This document shows, in pieces, positions 12,245 through 24,751 of a DNA stretch of 64,000 bases. Origin of the DNA: Octopus sinensis (lineage: Eukaryota); NCBI RefSeq assembly GCF_006345805.1, contig NC_042998.1, positions 168,578,001 through 168,642,000 of the forward strand, written 5' to 3'. A program made the translations under genes and the position numbers. Each line of letters starts with the position of its first letter. Within the stretch, counting starts at the first letter, position 1. The notes beneath the pieces were generated by a model. That model was not told the DNA's origin. It saw only the letters and a program-made list of their open reading frames with translations, and searched no databases.

Positions 12245-12923
12245 GAAATAGGAAATCCGTTGGCAAAAACAAAAACAGAACAGAGGCGCAGCAAAACAAA
12301 TCGAACGAGGCTCCTAAGAGCCCATGGCCAAACTGTTTATCAATGTATGTTGAAATAGGGTGGTGGGTGCGTTGAAGATTTTAACAGGTCAGGCAGCGGT
12401 CATTCCGGTGGGTGAGAGCACGGGGTGCGTAGATGTTCTTTGTGACCGAGACTAAAGTTCTGACTATTTAAAGAATATTAGGTGTATTATATGGGGCGAG
12501 TCAAATTCTACTTAGAAACATGTGTGTGTGAACTGATCTATATGTGCGCAGCCCCAAGTTGGTAAGAAGCGCTACACACTGGTCACTGCTGAGAAATCCG
12601 TCAGGGGGTAGAAAATATTTTATGTGTTCGTATGTACGTTTAATCGCGCGGCCGTCAGTTGGTAAACAGCCCTACACAATGGTCACTGCTGAAAAATCCG
12701 TCAGGCGACAGAAAAATATTTTATGTGTGCGTGTGTTCGTCTAATCATGCCTTGTCAAAGAAACCCCCCGTCGTCAAAACAAAACCCCATTCGTCTCCTG
12801 GGAGTAATTCCCCTTGCAATGGTTAATCATATTTCCCTTAAAAAGCTTTTTCAAAATTAATTTCCAAGGGCTATTTTCATATAAGTAGTGTAACCGGGTG
12901 CAGGTATTATTTATAAGCGTTAT

Positions 12924-15120
12924 TTATAAGCAAGATAAGTATAACGCCACCAATGGGGGCATCGAAAAGCCGACTGTAAAAGTCCGTTTACCATCCGGTC
13001 TCTGGCGAACAATATATGGAAGAGCTCGGAGACACAAAGGTTGCACTTCCTTCTGCCTATCAAATGTGAGGGCCACCGACAAAATTGACCATTCCAGGCT
13101 GTAGCTTGAGTTCGTATTCTTCAATCGCCATATTAGCTTGCTAAGTCCCGTGGTCTGGCATTTATTCACGTCGCGAAAAGTTGCGTAATGGTTGGAGATT
13201 CGTGAGGCCAATTTTGACGATGAGGCCCCGACATATGAGAAGACATCTGAGTCCGTGTAAACCTTGCATTGGTAGACGGCGTTTCTGATCTTGGAGTTCA
13301 CCGACGTGAACCTTACTCTATTAGGATTAGTTTCTGAAATTAGAACTGCGTTACTGTTACTATATTTGTTGCGAGAACTGCAGCCGCTTACTACTTTATT
13401 TTCCACTACGTCACTATTAACTAACGGAATAACCCCTGATTCTACACTATCACTCAGAATGCTGTCATTGCTAGTGCCCGTGGTGCTGCTATTGCCGGAA
13501 ACGATGCTGGAGTTGCTATTGGGACTCTCTACCCTAATGAGCCGAGCTGCGCTCACCTCACAACTGCCATTGTTACCGTTAATGACATCACCCTTATTTA
13601 TATCTATACCCTTAGTATATAATCCCTGGTTGGAGCTGAGATTATGAGTCACTGTACTGGCTCTCATATCATTATTACTACTATTATTATTCCTACTGAG
13701 CGTTAAACCGGGAGCGGAAGAAGCTGTGCCTCCGGAAAAAGGTGATAGGGTCTTAGTAAGCAGCCTATTATTATGGGAGGCGATTATCTGGGCGAGGTTT
13801 TTAGTGTTGGAGAAAGCTATCGTAACTTTATGCGAGTTAACCGTGGAGTAATATTTGGAATTTCTGGGGAAGTTATTGGCGATGGCTTATCGAAACATGA
13901 GGGGGAGGTTAGTTCTAATCTGCTTACCAAAGGGAATTACAAACCATATATGCTTATTCCTATTTATGTGATGGGTCGGGACGCCAGCTCTCGCATTCGG
14001 GTGGGCGATTCTCGGATGAATAACGGGTTTTGGGTTAGTGTGAGCTCCCCCGGACCGATAATTATCCTTGTTTGCTAAATTAAATGCGGAAGCGACTGCC
14101 CCAGCACCCGCCGCGCTCCCGTCACTACTTAAATTATTTATGTTATTATAGACGGCCCTATCCTGATGACCGAATGATGGCATCGGAAGGGCCGGATCAA
14201 TATAAATTACCTTCTGCCTATAACCGGCCTTGGATAGTGCGGCGTTATAAAATTCCGCTTTCTGCATAAAAATATCGGCACTAGCGGACAAGTTAGACAA
14301 TCTTAGAGAGATGTTTTTAACCAAATTGTCTGTTACTGTTTTGGCATGATTGGAGAAGACACTGACATACTTCAAATTAGTGGAAGGCTTATGGTAAGGG
14401 CAGTATGAGTCGCTATTAAGGTTAAGTATAACGTCTAGGAAATTAGCCTTGGTGAGTTCATTATCAAAAACTATATTCATGCCCATTCTATTAAAAAAAC
14501 CTAGCTAACCTACTCTTAGTTTTCTGCACTATTCTGTTCGTGGTGTTTTGCAGGTAAAACAGAACAGACAATCGTCACGATACAGGCCGCCCGCGATCTC
14601 CGGGAATTGGTCGGACAATTCGTAGAGAATATAGACTCCGACCAAATCGGCTATCTGCGCACTATCCGAACTACCCATAGGCACATCAAATTCATTGGGA
14701 GTATCTTTACGGATCCACAACTTATTATCAAACTTAATAAACGATTTCCTGGCAACTAAAATGATATCTATTTCTTCTCTGGTGAGGCCTGCCTTGTTGT
14801 GAGCATGCCAAAGGGCCTTATTTAGTACACTAGGGTTAATCGAGGGGTAGAAGCTAGCGATATCAAACTGAATGAACCTAGTACGGTTCTTATTGGGGAT
14901 GGAAGAGAACCACTTCACTACCTGCAAGGAGTTGGCCCAGAGGCTGAGCTTCAGTTTGTTTACTAAACTAGGGATATATTTATCTAAAATGTACTTACTG
15001 ATTATCCCGATATCAGAGCTAGCAGGGCATATGAGTCTTAGCGCTGGGTTGGTGTAGAAGTTCGGTTTATGGTCCTTCACTATAAATCTAGGTTGCTTAG
15101 GGCTAAGCGCCTGCGTTCTC
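12924..15120 (-). pseudogene. 5'-truncated PLE RT-GIY-YIG polyprotein (Nematis-like)
   Basis: KDHKPNF..LRLICPASSDIGIISK, FIQFDIASFYPSI, FDVPMGSSDSAQIADLVG, GLYRDD, NFLDVILNL, then AVYQCKV..SYVGASSSKLASRISNH..LSKLIWRLK..CNLC. Interrupted by a compensated frameshift near 14495-14535, a TAA at 13887 and a 2-nt deletion near 13055. Confidence 0.85.
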
Positions 15121-15162
15121 ATTAGGGTAGAGAGTCCCAATAGCAACTCCAGCATATTTTAT

Positions 15163-15783
15163 GTGTGCGTGTGTTCGTCTAATCATGCCTTGTCAAAGAA
15201 ACCCGGCAATAGCAGCACCACGGGCACTAGCAATGACAGCACTCTGAGTGATAGTGTAGAATCAGGGGTTATTCCGTTAGTTAATAGTGACGTAGTGGAA
15301 AATAAAGTAGTAAGCGGCTGCAGTTCTCGCAACAAATATAGTAACAGTAACGCAGTTCTAATTTCAGAAACTAATCCTAATAGAATAAGGTTCACGTCGG
15401 TGAACTCCAAGATCAGAAACGCCGTCTACCAATGCAAGGTTTACACGGACTCAGATGTCTTCTCATATGTCGGGGCCTCATCGTCAAAATTGGCCTCACG
15501 AATCTCCAACCATTACGCAACTTTTCGCGACGTGAATAAATGCCAGACCACGGGACTTAGCAAGCTAATATGGCGATTGAAGAATACGAACTCAAGCTAC
15601 AGCCTGGAATGGTCAATTTTGTCGGTGGCCCTCACATTTGATAGGGGCAGAAGGAAGTGCAACCTTTGTGTCTCCGAGCTCTTCCATATATTGTTCGCCA
15701 GAGACCGGATGGTAAACGGACTTTTACAGTCGGCTTTTCGATGCCCCCATTGGTGGCGTTATACTTATCTTGCTTATAAATAA
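15163..15783 (+). CDS. GIY-YIG endonuclease fragment of the inverted PLE arm (frame intact to the natural stop)
   Basis: NAVYQCKV..YVGASSSKLASRISNHY..LEWSILS..RRKCNLCVSELFHIL. Probably not expressed as is, because it is 5'-truncated. Confidence 0.75.
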   Translation: MCVCSSNHALSKKPGNSSTTGTSNDSTLSDSVESGVIPLVNSDVVENKVVSGCSSRNKYSNSNAVLISETNPNRIRFTSVNSKIRNAVYQCKVYTDSDVFSYVGASSSKLASRISNHYATFRDVNKCQTTGLSKLIWRLKNTNSSYSLEWSILSVALTFDRGRRKCNLCVSELFHILFARDRMVNGLLQSAFRCPHWWRYTYLAYK

Positions 15784-16457
15784 CGCTTATAAATAATACC
15801 TGCACCCGGTTACACTACTTATATGAAAATAGCCCTTGGAAATTAATTTTGAAAAAGCTTTTTAAGGGAAATATGATTAACCATTGCAAGGGGAATTACT
15901 CCCAGGAGACGAATGGGGTTTTGTTTTGACGACGGGGGGTTTCTTTGACAAGGCATGATTAGACGAACACACGCACACATAAAATATTTTTCTGTCGCCT
16001 GACGGATTTTTCAGCAGTGACCATTGTGTAGGGCTGTTTACCAACTGACGGCCGCGCGATTAAACGTACATACGAACACATAAAATATTTTCTACCCCTG
16101 ACGGATTTCTCAGCAGTGACCAGTGTGTAGCGCTTCTTACCAACTTGGGGCTGCGCACATATAGATCAGTTCACACACACATGTTTCTAAGTAGAATTTG
16201 ACTCGCCCCATATAATACACCTAATATTCTTTAAATAGTCAGAACTTTAGTCTCGGTCACAAAGAACATCTACGCACCCCGTGCTCTCACCCACCGGAAT
16301 GACCGCTGCCTGACCTGTTAAAATCTTCAACGCACCCACCACCCTATTTCAACATACATTGATAAACAGTTTGGCCATGGGCTCTTAGGAGCCTCGTTCG
16401 ATTTGTTTTGCTGCGCCTCTGTTCTGTTTTTGTTTTTGCCAACGGATTTCCTATTTC

Positions 16458-16537
16458 TTCCTGAAGAGAAAGACACAATATGGTCTCCTTATTCAATCGG
16501 AATTTGGTAAATTGTGGCTTTCGAAACACGTGTAGAA
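16458..16537 (+). ncRNA. Hammerhead ribozyme in the right PLE arm
   Basis: UUC-CUGAAGA(16461-67)-stem II GAAAG.CACAAU/AUUGUG.CUUUC-GAAA(16523-26)-palindrome ACACGUGU-GUA^(16532-34)-GAA. Stem I is only 3 bp. Confidence 0.75.
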
Positions 16538-16747
16538 TGCAATAAAACGATTTCTGTTCAATCTTCGTTCAACTCCATTTCTTCAATTCACTAATAATAT
16601 TAAAATTCAATTATCCGCACCAACGCATGGTTGCAACACCATATGGTTGTACCTCCAACCGTGCTGTCTTCTGCTGTGATTTTTGCTACCAAGGTATCGG
16701 TTAAACTTTTGATTAATCTGCATCAAGATTATTCATCTTTCTATTTC

Positions 16748-16786
<39 letters not shown>

Positions 16787-16799
16787 TATATATATATAC

Positions 16800-16952
16800 T
16801 GGGTTATTTCAGTTTTCCTCTAGCAAATCCACTCACAAGGCTTTGGACCGAGGCTGTCGTAGGAGACACTTGTGCAAGGCGCCACGGAGTGGGACTGGAC
16901 CCGGGACCATGTAGTTGGGAAGCAAACTTCTTACCTTACAACCACGTCTGCA
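16800..16952 (-). mobile_element. SINE family A, 5' half
   Basis: AAATCCACTCACAAGGCTTTGG...GAGTGGGACTGGACCCGGGACCATG. Confidence 0.75.
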
Positions 16953-18165
16953 CCGTAAGTTTTACCCAGGATTCGATACTAATCTCAGGCTCCACATCTC
17001 ACAATAGACATCTATCTATAGCCGACTCTTACAGATGCGTAAGACATGGTAGAGGGAATCATGCATCTGCTACTTATCTTAGTCGTTACGAACATGCATA
17101 GACATCTTATCGGCCTCTTGCCCTTGAAACAGAGAAACACGAAGAATATGATGGCTGGTGAGGGAAAGGGTTGCACCAACCTTCGTTACTCATTTTCAGC
17201 TGAGTAACCCGGAGCAACTTGAGATGAAGTACTTTTGTCAACGATAAAACACACTGCTCGATCTAGAAATAGAGCCGGAAACCTGAGCTCAGCATCTTAA
17301 TCACTATGTCACACAGTTTCAATCCCAACGGTAACACGCATATATATATACACACACACACATACATACATACATACATACATACATACATACATACATA
17401 CATACATACATACATACATACATACATACAGCTGTATTTTCTGCAGTAGTATAATGTTTAAACAACTTATAAAATGTTTATTTATTTTACAGTAAATAAT
17501 GTTTTATACCTATAAGAAAAACATTAATGGAATTTGTATATTCGAAGAATTTTATTTCTGAAAAGAATTCATATTTACAATTTTTCGAAATCTTTTTAAC
17601 AATAAGTTTGCCATTATTAATACTTAATGCTTCGGAAGGCACTGAAACACAGCTTTTTTTGTGTTTTTTTCATCAAAATTATTGACACAAATACACACAC
17701 ACATACACATACACATTGCAGAATAATTCCATGGTGATATTCATATTTTATACAAATAGATGAGTACAAATAAGTGAAATAATATTTCACATGATTATGA
17801 GCTATTGTTTTAAACCTGAGTTTACATTCCTTTCGGAAATATTGCAGTCCATATTCAAGTTACAAGACAAATGCCTAAACCTAAATGTCAAAGGCTTTCT
17901 TTTTCATGTTTGAAAGGTTTGTTTTAATTTCTTAGGATAAAAGGCATAGACTTTATTGTTGAAAAGCTATTTGCAGTCACCTGTAAACAGCAATAAGCCG
18001 AAAAAGCTGTCAACTCTGGGCATCTCATTGCTACACATTTTAGTATTTTTAATATAGGTTTTAACCTTTTGACATTAACGCACTTGAGACCATCCCTAGC
18101 TAATTATATGACATAAACTTCTTATTCTGTCAAAGTGATATAAATTGACATCTTTCTTCAAAATA

Positions 18166-18550
18166 ATGTGGTGAGCTGCAGAATCATTAGCACACCAGAT
18201 AAAATGCTTAGAGGTATTTCGTTTATCTTTACATTCTGAGTTCAAATTCCGCCGAGGTCAACTTTGCCTTTCATCCTTTCGGGGTCGATTAGATAAGTAT
18301 CAGTTACGCCCTGGGGTCGATATAATCGACTTAATCCGTTTGTCTGTCCTTGTTTGTCCTCTCTATGTTTATCTCCTTGTGGGTAGTAAAGAAATAGGCA
18401 TTTCGTCTATCTTTACGTTCTGAGTTCAAAATCTTCCAATGTCGACTTTGCTTTTCATCCTTTCGTGGTCTACCAATTTAACACTGGGGCCGAGATAATC
18501 GACTGGCTCCAGCTCCATAATTTCAGGCTTTGTACCTATAGTAGAAAGGA
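18166..18550 (+). mobile_element. SINE family B with partly duplicated body
   Basis: GTGGTGAGCTGCAGAATC head; GAGTTCAAATTCCGCCGAGGTC core. Confidence 0.8.
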
Positions 18551-19137
18551 TATCTTCCGTCAAATTCCATGTTAATTTATGTTCCATAAATTAATGACAA
18601 AATTATTTTAACAATTCTTCATTATTTTCAAAATTAATTTGAACTAAAATCAGTGTATTTCAACAGAGACATGGGAACAAGAAAGGCTGATATATTGATA
18701 TGTATATATATGAAATTATTTCACTCTTACAGAGCTCCATACATGTAAAATTACTCTTAATAGCATTTATATTGAATTTGTTGTAGCCAAGGGAAAATAT
18801 CAAAAGTTTAGAATTAATTATATGAATAAAAGTCAATGAAAAACAATCAAAGCAATTTCGAAGCTATGGTTGAGATATTGATTTTTTAAAAGATAAGTAT
18901 TAAAAATCGTACAACTGTTATAGCGGATTCTGTGGGTTGATTATTTTGTAGACGTACAAGTTTCAGCAAATTTCCTCCCGCTATTTCATTTGATGTTTAA
19001 CATTTATATATCTTCACATTATTGATTTCATATTTTTTCATTACTGCTTGCAGAAAATTGTTCGTTTAATCAAAGTACAATAAAATGCTTCATTTATTAA
19101 TTTCAGAAATAATTTACAAATGATCCATTTTTCTTCG

Positions 19138-19331
19138 TAGGAGTGGCTGTGTGGTAAGTAGCTTGCTTACCAACCACATGGTTCTGGGTTCAGTCCCACA
19201 GCATGGCACCTGGAGCAAGTGCCTTGTACTATAGCCTCGGGCTGACCAAAGCCTTGTGAGTGGATTTGGTAGACGGAAACTGAAAGAAGCCCGTCCTATA
19301 TATATGAATATATATACATATATATACATAC

Positions 19332-19373
<42 letters not shown>

Positions 19374-19592
19374 ATATATGTTTGTGTGTCTGTGTTTGTC
19401 CCCCTAACATCGCTTGACAACCGATGCTGGTGTGTTTACATCCCTGTAACTTAGCTGTTCGGCAAAAGAGACCAATAGAATAAGTACTAGGCTTACAAAG
19501 AGTAAGTCTTGGGGTCGATTTGATCGACTAAAGGCGGTGCTCTAGCATGGCCACAGTCAAACGACTGAAACAAGTAAAAGTGTAAAAGAGTA
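19138..19592 (+). mobile_element. SINE family A, full length with internal (TA)/(TG) tract
   Basis: GGAGTGGCTGTGTGGTAAG...GGTTCAGTCCC...AAGGCGGTGCTCTAGCATGGCC...GTAAAA tail. Confidence 0.9.
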
Positions 19593-20164
19593 TTACATAT
19601 TTTATTACCTGCATTAATATAGATGTAAAAATACTGTTTCATTATTGACGATTGCAAAGATATTCAGATTTCTGTTTTCTTCATAGGCTTTTTACCAAGT
19701 AAAGAATATCAAAGTAGCAGGTAAGAATTAGAATCACAGAAAACAGGGCTAGTGTGCACAAAAGCATACATAAATATGTGAATACAGTGAAAAACCATAC
19801 AAAATATCACGACATTATTATGAAAAAAGAAACAAAATCTCGACTATAGTTAGAAAGTAAATTAGTATTGACCAATATTCAATTACAATTAATTCTTCTT
19901 ATCAATTATCTATAGTTTTATGAATATAATGATTCCATTCGAAAAATTCATTTTTATCTTGATCAGAATAATTGTTGGGCATTAAATAGATTTCCAGGAT
20001 ATTTAAGGCTGCTTATATTCTTCCAATACAAAACTTTTTTGACTAAATATTAATCAGTTTTCACGGTAATTATTGTGATTGGAAGCTTCAATAACGGCAG
20101 TCGAGTTGTCTTAGCTAAAGAAGAATCTTTCCAGTTACTATATGTACAAGTATTGTAATAATAC

Positions 20165-20237
<73 letters not shown>

Positions 20238-20263
20238 TATAATAATAATAATAATAATAATAA

Positions 20264-21425
20264 ATGCCCTGATGCAGTTCCAGACAGTGGCTCTCGTGGC
20301 TTCTGATCTTAACTGATTGGAAGTGTTATGATGTACATTGTTTTGTCTTGGTATAAAAGATGGACTACAGCAAATATTCTGCTCAATACCATAGATTTAC
20401 TTGTCAGTTGTTTGACCTTAACCAGTTGAGCATGTCCCTTAGTGGCTGATGATATATGCATCTCTGATCATGAGCACTAGTAGTGGGGGAGCATCATAGC
20501 CATGTGTTGAGAGGGATTCTTTGGGGTTTCAATAATTCACCTCTGGAAACATGGGTGGTTCGTTCAACTTCCTTAAACAAGCCTTATTCAGGGACCTTTT
20601 GAGCGGGATGGGCTACTCGATCACAAAGAAATACTAACTGGGACCCCACCTGCAAGGCCATGTGCTGTTTATCTTGATATGAGATCACTATGTTGCGCAC
20701 ATATGGTAGTGATGCATGTGCCTAGTGTACCCTTATCAGACGGGTAGTCATGATGGGTATATTGGGCATTGTATATTTTACCCCAGTGTCACTTTGATGA
20801 CATGCACTGCTCTCTCACTCAATGGTAATAATAATAATAATAATAATAAATAATAATAATAATAATAAATGCCCTGATGCAGTTCCAGACAGTGGCTCTC
20901 GTGGCTTCTGATCTTAACTGATTGGAAATGTTATGATGTACATTGTTTTGTCTTGGTATAAAAGATGGACTACAGCAAATATTCTGCTCAATACCATAGA
21001 TTTACTTGTCAGTTGTTTGACCTTAACCAGTTGAGCATGTCCCTTAGTGGCTGATGATATATGCATCTCTGATCATGAGCACTAGTAGTGGGGGAGCATC
21101 ATAGCCATGTGTTGAGAGGGATTCTTTGGGGTTTCAATAATTCACCTCTGGAAACATGGGTGGTTCGTTCAACTTCCTTAAACAAGCCTTATTCAGGGAC
21201 CTTTTGAGCGGGATGGGCTACTCGATCACAAAGAAATACTAACTGGGACCCACCTGCAAGGCCATGTGCTGTTTATCTTGATATGAGATCACTATGTTGC
21301 GCACATATGGTAGTGATGCATGTGCCTAGTGTACCCTTATCAGACGGGTAGTCATGATGGGTATATTGGGCATTGTATATTTTACCCCAGTGTCACTTTG
21401 ATGACATGCACTGCTCTCTCACTCA

Positions 21426-21488
<63 letters not shown>

Positions 21489-22203
21489 GGAAGTGTTATC
21501 ATGTACATTGTTTTGTTCTGGTATAAAACTGGAAGTGTTATCACGGACATTGCTTTGTCTTGATATAAGTGTTATCATGTACATTGTTTTGCCTTAGTAT
21601 AAAACATGGGCTACAGCAAATATTCTTCTCAGTACCACAGATTTACTTGTGAGTTGTTTGAGATTGTAAGTGTTATCATGCACATTGTTTTGTCTTGTTA
21701 TAAAAGATGGGCGACAACAAATGTTCTACTCAGTACCACAGATTTGTTTATCAGTAGTTTGAGACTGGAAGTGTTATCATGTACATAGTTTTGTCTTGGT
21801 ATAAATGATGGGCTACAGCAAATAATCTGCTCAGTACCACAGATTTCCTCTCAGTTGTTTGACCGTAACCAGTTGAGCATGTCCCTTAGTGACTGACGAT
21901 ATGTACATCTCTGATTACGAGTAGAAGTAGTGGGGAACATCATAGCCATATGTTGAGAGGAATTTTGGTGGGTTTGAATAATTCATCTCTGGAAACATGG
22001 GTTTTGAGCGGGATGTGCTACTCAATCTGAATAAAATTGTAACTGGGACCCACCTGCAAGGTCATGCTCTGTTTATCTTGATATAAGATAACCATGTCGT
22101 GCACATATGGTTGGGGTGCATGTGCCTGGTGTACCCTTATCAGACGTGTAGTCATGATGGGTATACAGTGTTACTTTGATGGCATGCACTTCTCTCTCAC
22201 TCA
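20264..22203. repeat. Tandem of an ~560-bp (AAT)n-flanked interspersed repeat: two near-identical copies (20264-20822, 20869-21426) plus a rearranged third (~21488-22203)
   Basis: ATGCCCTGATGCAG...CTGCTCTCTCACTCAA units separated by (AAT)n. The same family occurs at 37111-37674. Confidence 0.9.
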
Positions 22204-22212
22204 ATAATAATA

Positions 22213-22268
<56 letters not shown>

Positions 22269-22361
22269 GAAAGAGAAGTAAGATACAGCTGTTTCATAAT
22301 CCATTTAGAATGAGATTACATCATCACCTTCAGTGCATATGTATATGGGTATATATATATA

Positions 22362-22577
22362 TATTCTTTTATTCTTTTATGTTTCAGTCATATGACTGCG
22401 TCCATGCTGGAGCACCGCCTTTAGTAGAACAAGTCAAACCCATGACTTATTCTTTGTAAGCCTAGTACTTATTCTATCAGTATTCTTGCCGAACCGCTAA
22501 GTTATGGGGCGTAAACATACCAGCATCGGTTGTCAAGGGATTTTGGCGGGGCAAACAAAGACACATAAACATATAGA

Positions 22578-22628
<51 letters not shown>

Positions 22629-22795
22629 GACGGGCTTCTTTCAGTTTCCGTGCACCAAATCCATAAATCCATTCACAAGACTTTGGTCGGCCCGAGTCTA
22701 TAATAGAAGACACTTACCCAAAATGCCACGCAGTGAGACTGAACCTGGAACCGCGTGGTTGGTAAGCAAGCTACTTACCACACAGCCACTCCCTA
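22362..22795 (-). mobile_element. SINE family A, full length
   Basis: Reverse complement of the family A consensus seen elsewhere in the window. Confidence 0.88.
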
Positions 22796-22995
22796 TACAA
22801 TAAGATAAAGTAGAAAATCCTAAAATAATTTTAACAGGAAGCACATTTTAATACTGCTTTCCGTCTTTTAGGTTTTTCAACTAAGAATAAAATAAGAAAA
22901 ACAATTAAATAGGTGAAAAAAAATTAAGTGAAATATTTTGTATATATTTCCATCATCTTTAAATAGGTAAATATTTCCAGTCTTCAGATACTCTC

Positions 22996-23042
<47 letters not shown>

Positions 23043-23289
23043 ATTCATTTGTGAATGCCTCGTAGGTGGGTTGTAGTAAATCTGAAGGAATAGTTTGGGT
23101 CCAGAGAATTTATGGTTTAAGTAGGAGTAGCCGAGGGAGAAGAAGAAGAAGAAGAAGAAGAAGAAGAAGAAGAAGAAGAAGAAGAAGAAGAAGAAGAAGA
23201 GGAGGAGGAGGATGTTATCCGAAGCAAAAGTGAAAAAATAAGGAACGCATGCAGTAGTGCCACAGATATAATAAGTCAAGGTACCTACT

Positions 23290-24750
23290 CGTAATGACCT
23301 CAAATTAAGACTTATAATAGCAGGACCCGCATGCGAAACTCACCCGTAACTTTTTAGACACACTTTTAAAACCATTCCTCAAGCATATCAAAAGTTACAT
23401 AAAGGACGACCTATATATGCTCAATCACCTCACCGAAACAATAAATAAAAACACCCTACTAGTATCCTTTGATGTAGTCAAATTCTATTCTAATATCCCC
23501 CAAAGCCTAGGGATAGATGCAATCCAATTATAGCTCGAGAATTACTCTAGGGAACTCCCACACCGCATCAACAAAGAATTCGTAATAGAAGGGCTAAAAT
23601 TCCTCTTAGAGAATAACTTTTTCGTATTTAATCACAACTTCTATCGACAGTTCGGAGACTTCGATGGGCACGCAAATGACTCCCTCATTTACTAACCTAG
23701 TCATGGGGTACCTAGAAATCAATCTTTATCGTAAGGTACTAGAAAAATACAGAAACCTATTCGCCCTATACATAGAAAATAACTGGAAATGATATCTAGT
23801 TGACTATTTCATTCTTTGGCACGAAAGTATAGAGAGACTTAGAGAATTTCAAGCACTTCTAAATGGACTTGACATAAACATTCAATTTACGGTGGAATAT
23901 AGCCACCAACAACTTCTATTCCTCGACATCCTCATTAAGAAATCCAACAACAAAATAAAAACAGACATCTATTATAAGCCCACGGACTCCAAGCAATATC
24001 TGCCATTCAACTCTTGCCACCCTAGACAATAAAATAAATATCCCTTACAACCTGGTAAAATGGATTTATAATATAGCATCTGATACAAGCACCAGGGACA
24101 CACGACTTCATGAGCTAAAGGATACGCTCATCAGCAGGAAATATCCACCATCACTAATTGATATAGGCTTTCAACGTGCCTTATAACTCAATATCCACAA
24201 ACTCAGATAGCCCAGACTAAAGAAGGATTTACAACCAAAAGCCCTAACATACATATCTACGAACAACCCCCTAAACAACGAGGACTTCGACACCATCCTC
24301 CAGAACATTCCTTTACTAAAAAGGGACCATAGAATGGGTCAAATCCTCCAAACGCACACCATCATAAAGAGCAAAAGTCAATGAAAAGTATTCTAACACA
24401 GGCCCAAGTACACTCGTCAATAACATCGAAACCGTATATGTTCAACCTAACCGAAGGATAGGAATTCTTCTCCAATCAGTGAAAAACAATTTCACATGTG
24501 CTTCGGAAGACCTAATATATGGGTGTCGATAACAATATATTGGTCAATCTAAAAACAGTCTACGCCAAAGTGTGACGGTACAGATTAAAATACGAAAATA
24601 CAGAAATATAAGATTAAGCGAACACATCAATATTTGCGCCACTAACGAACAACCTATATTTAAAATTCCCTATCTATAAATTCAGGGACAATGCAACCTA
24701 TAATCAGCACATAACAAAGAAGCATATTTTATTGCAAAATATAAACCCAT
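23290..24750 (+). mobile_element. Degenerate Neptune-like Penelope element (RT + GIY-YIG pseudogene)
   Basis: LRLIIAGPACETH, LLVSFDVVKFYSNIP, MGTQMTPSFTNLVMGYLE, FLDILI..TDIYYKPTDSKQYLPFNSCHP, YIGQSKNSLRQ, EAYFIAKYKP. Many stops and frameshifts. Confidence 0.85.
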
Positions 24751-24751
24751 G

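Larger units (their letters stand above)
12102..16600. mobile_element. Penelope-like element (Nematis-like RT + GIY-YIG) with ~1.4-kb inverted terminal arms, tails pointing outward
   Basis: 12102-~13540 is the reverse complement of ~15118-16600 with very few differences. RT lies in the unique centre. A GIY-YIG domain and an HHR are in each arm. Confidence 0.9.

Noticed and set aside
14487-14535. Two in-frame TAG codons in the Nematis-like RT, suggesting stop-codon recoding
   Set aside because: The shifted frame reads IVQKTKSRLARFF, which fits the family. A lost A and an extra T in homopolymer runs explain it (mutation or long-read error).
20264-20822. HHR- or HDV-like ribozyme in the AAT-flanked repeat (CTGATGC; CTGAATA..GAAAC)
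   Set aside because: The cores deviate from CUGANGA, and I could not build an HDV P3/L3/P1.1 pseudoknot by eye.
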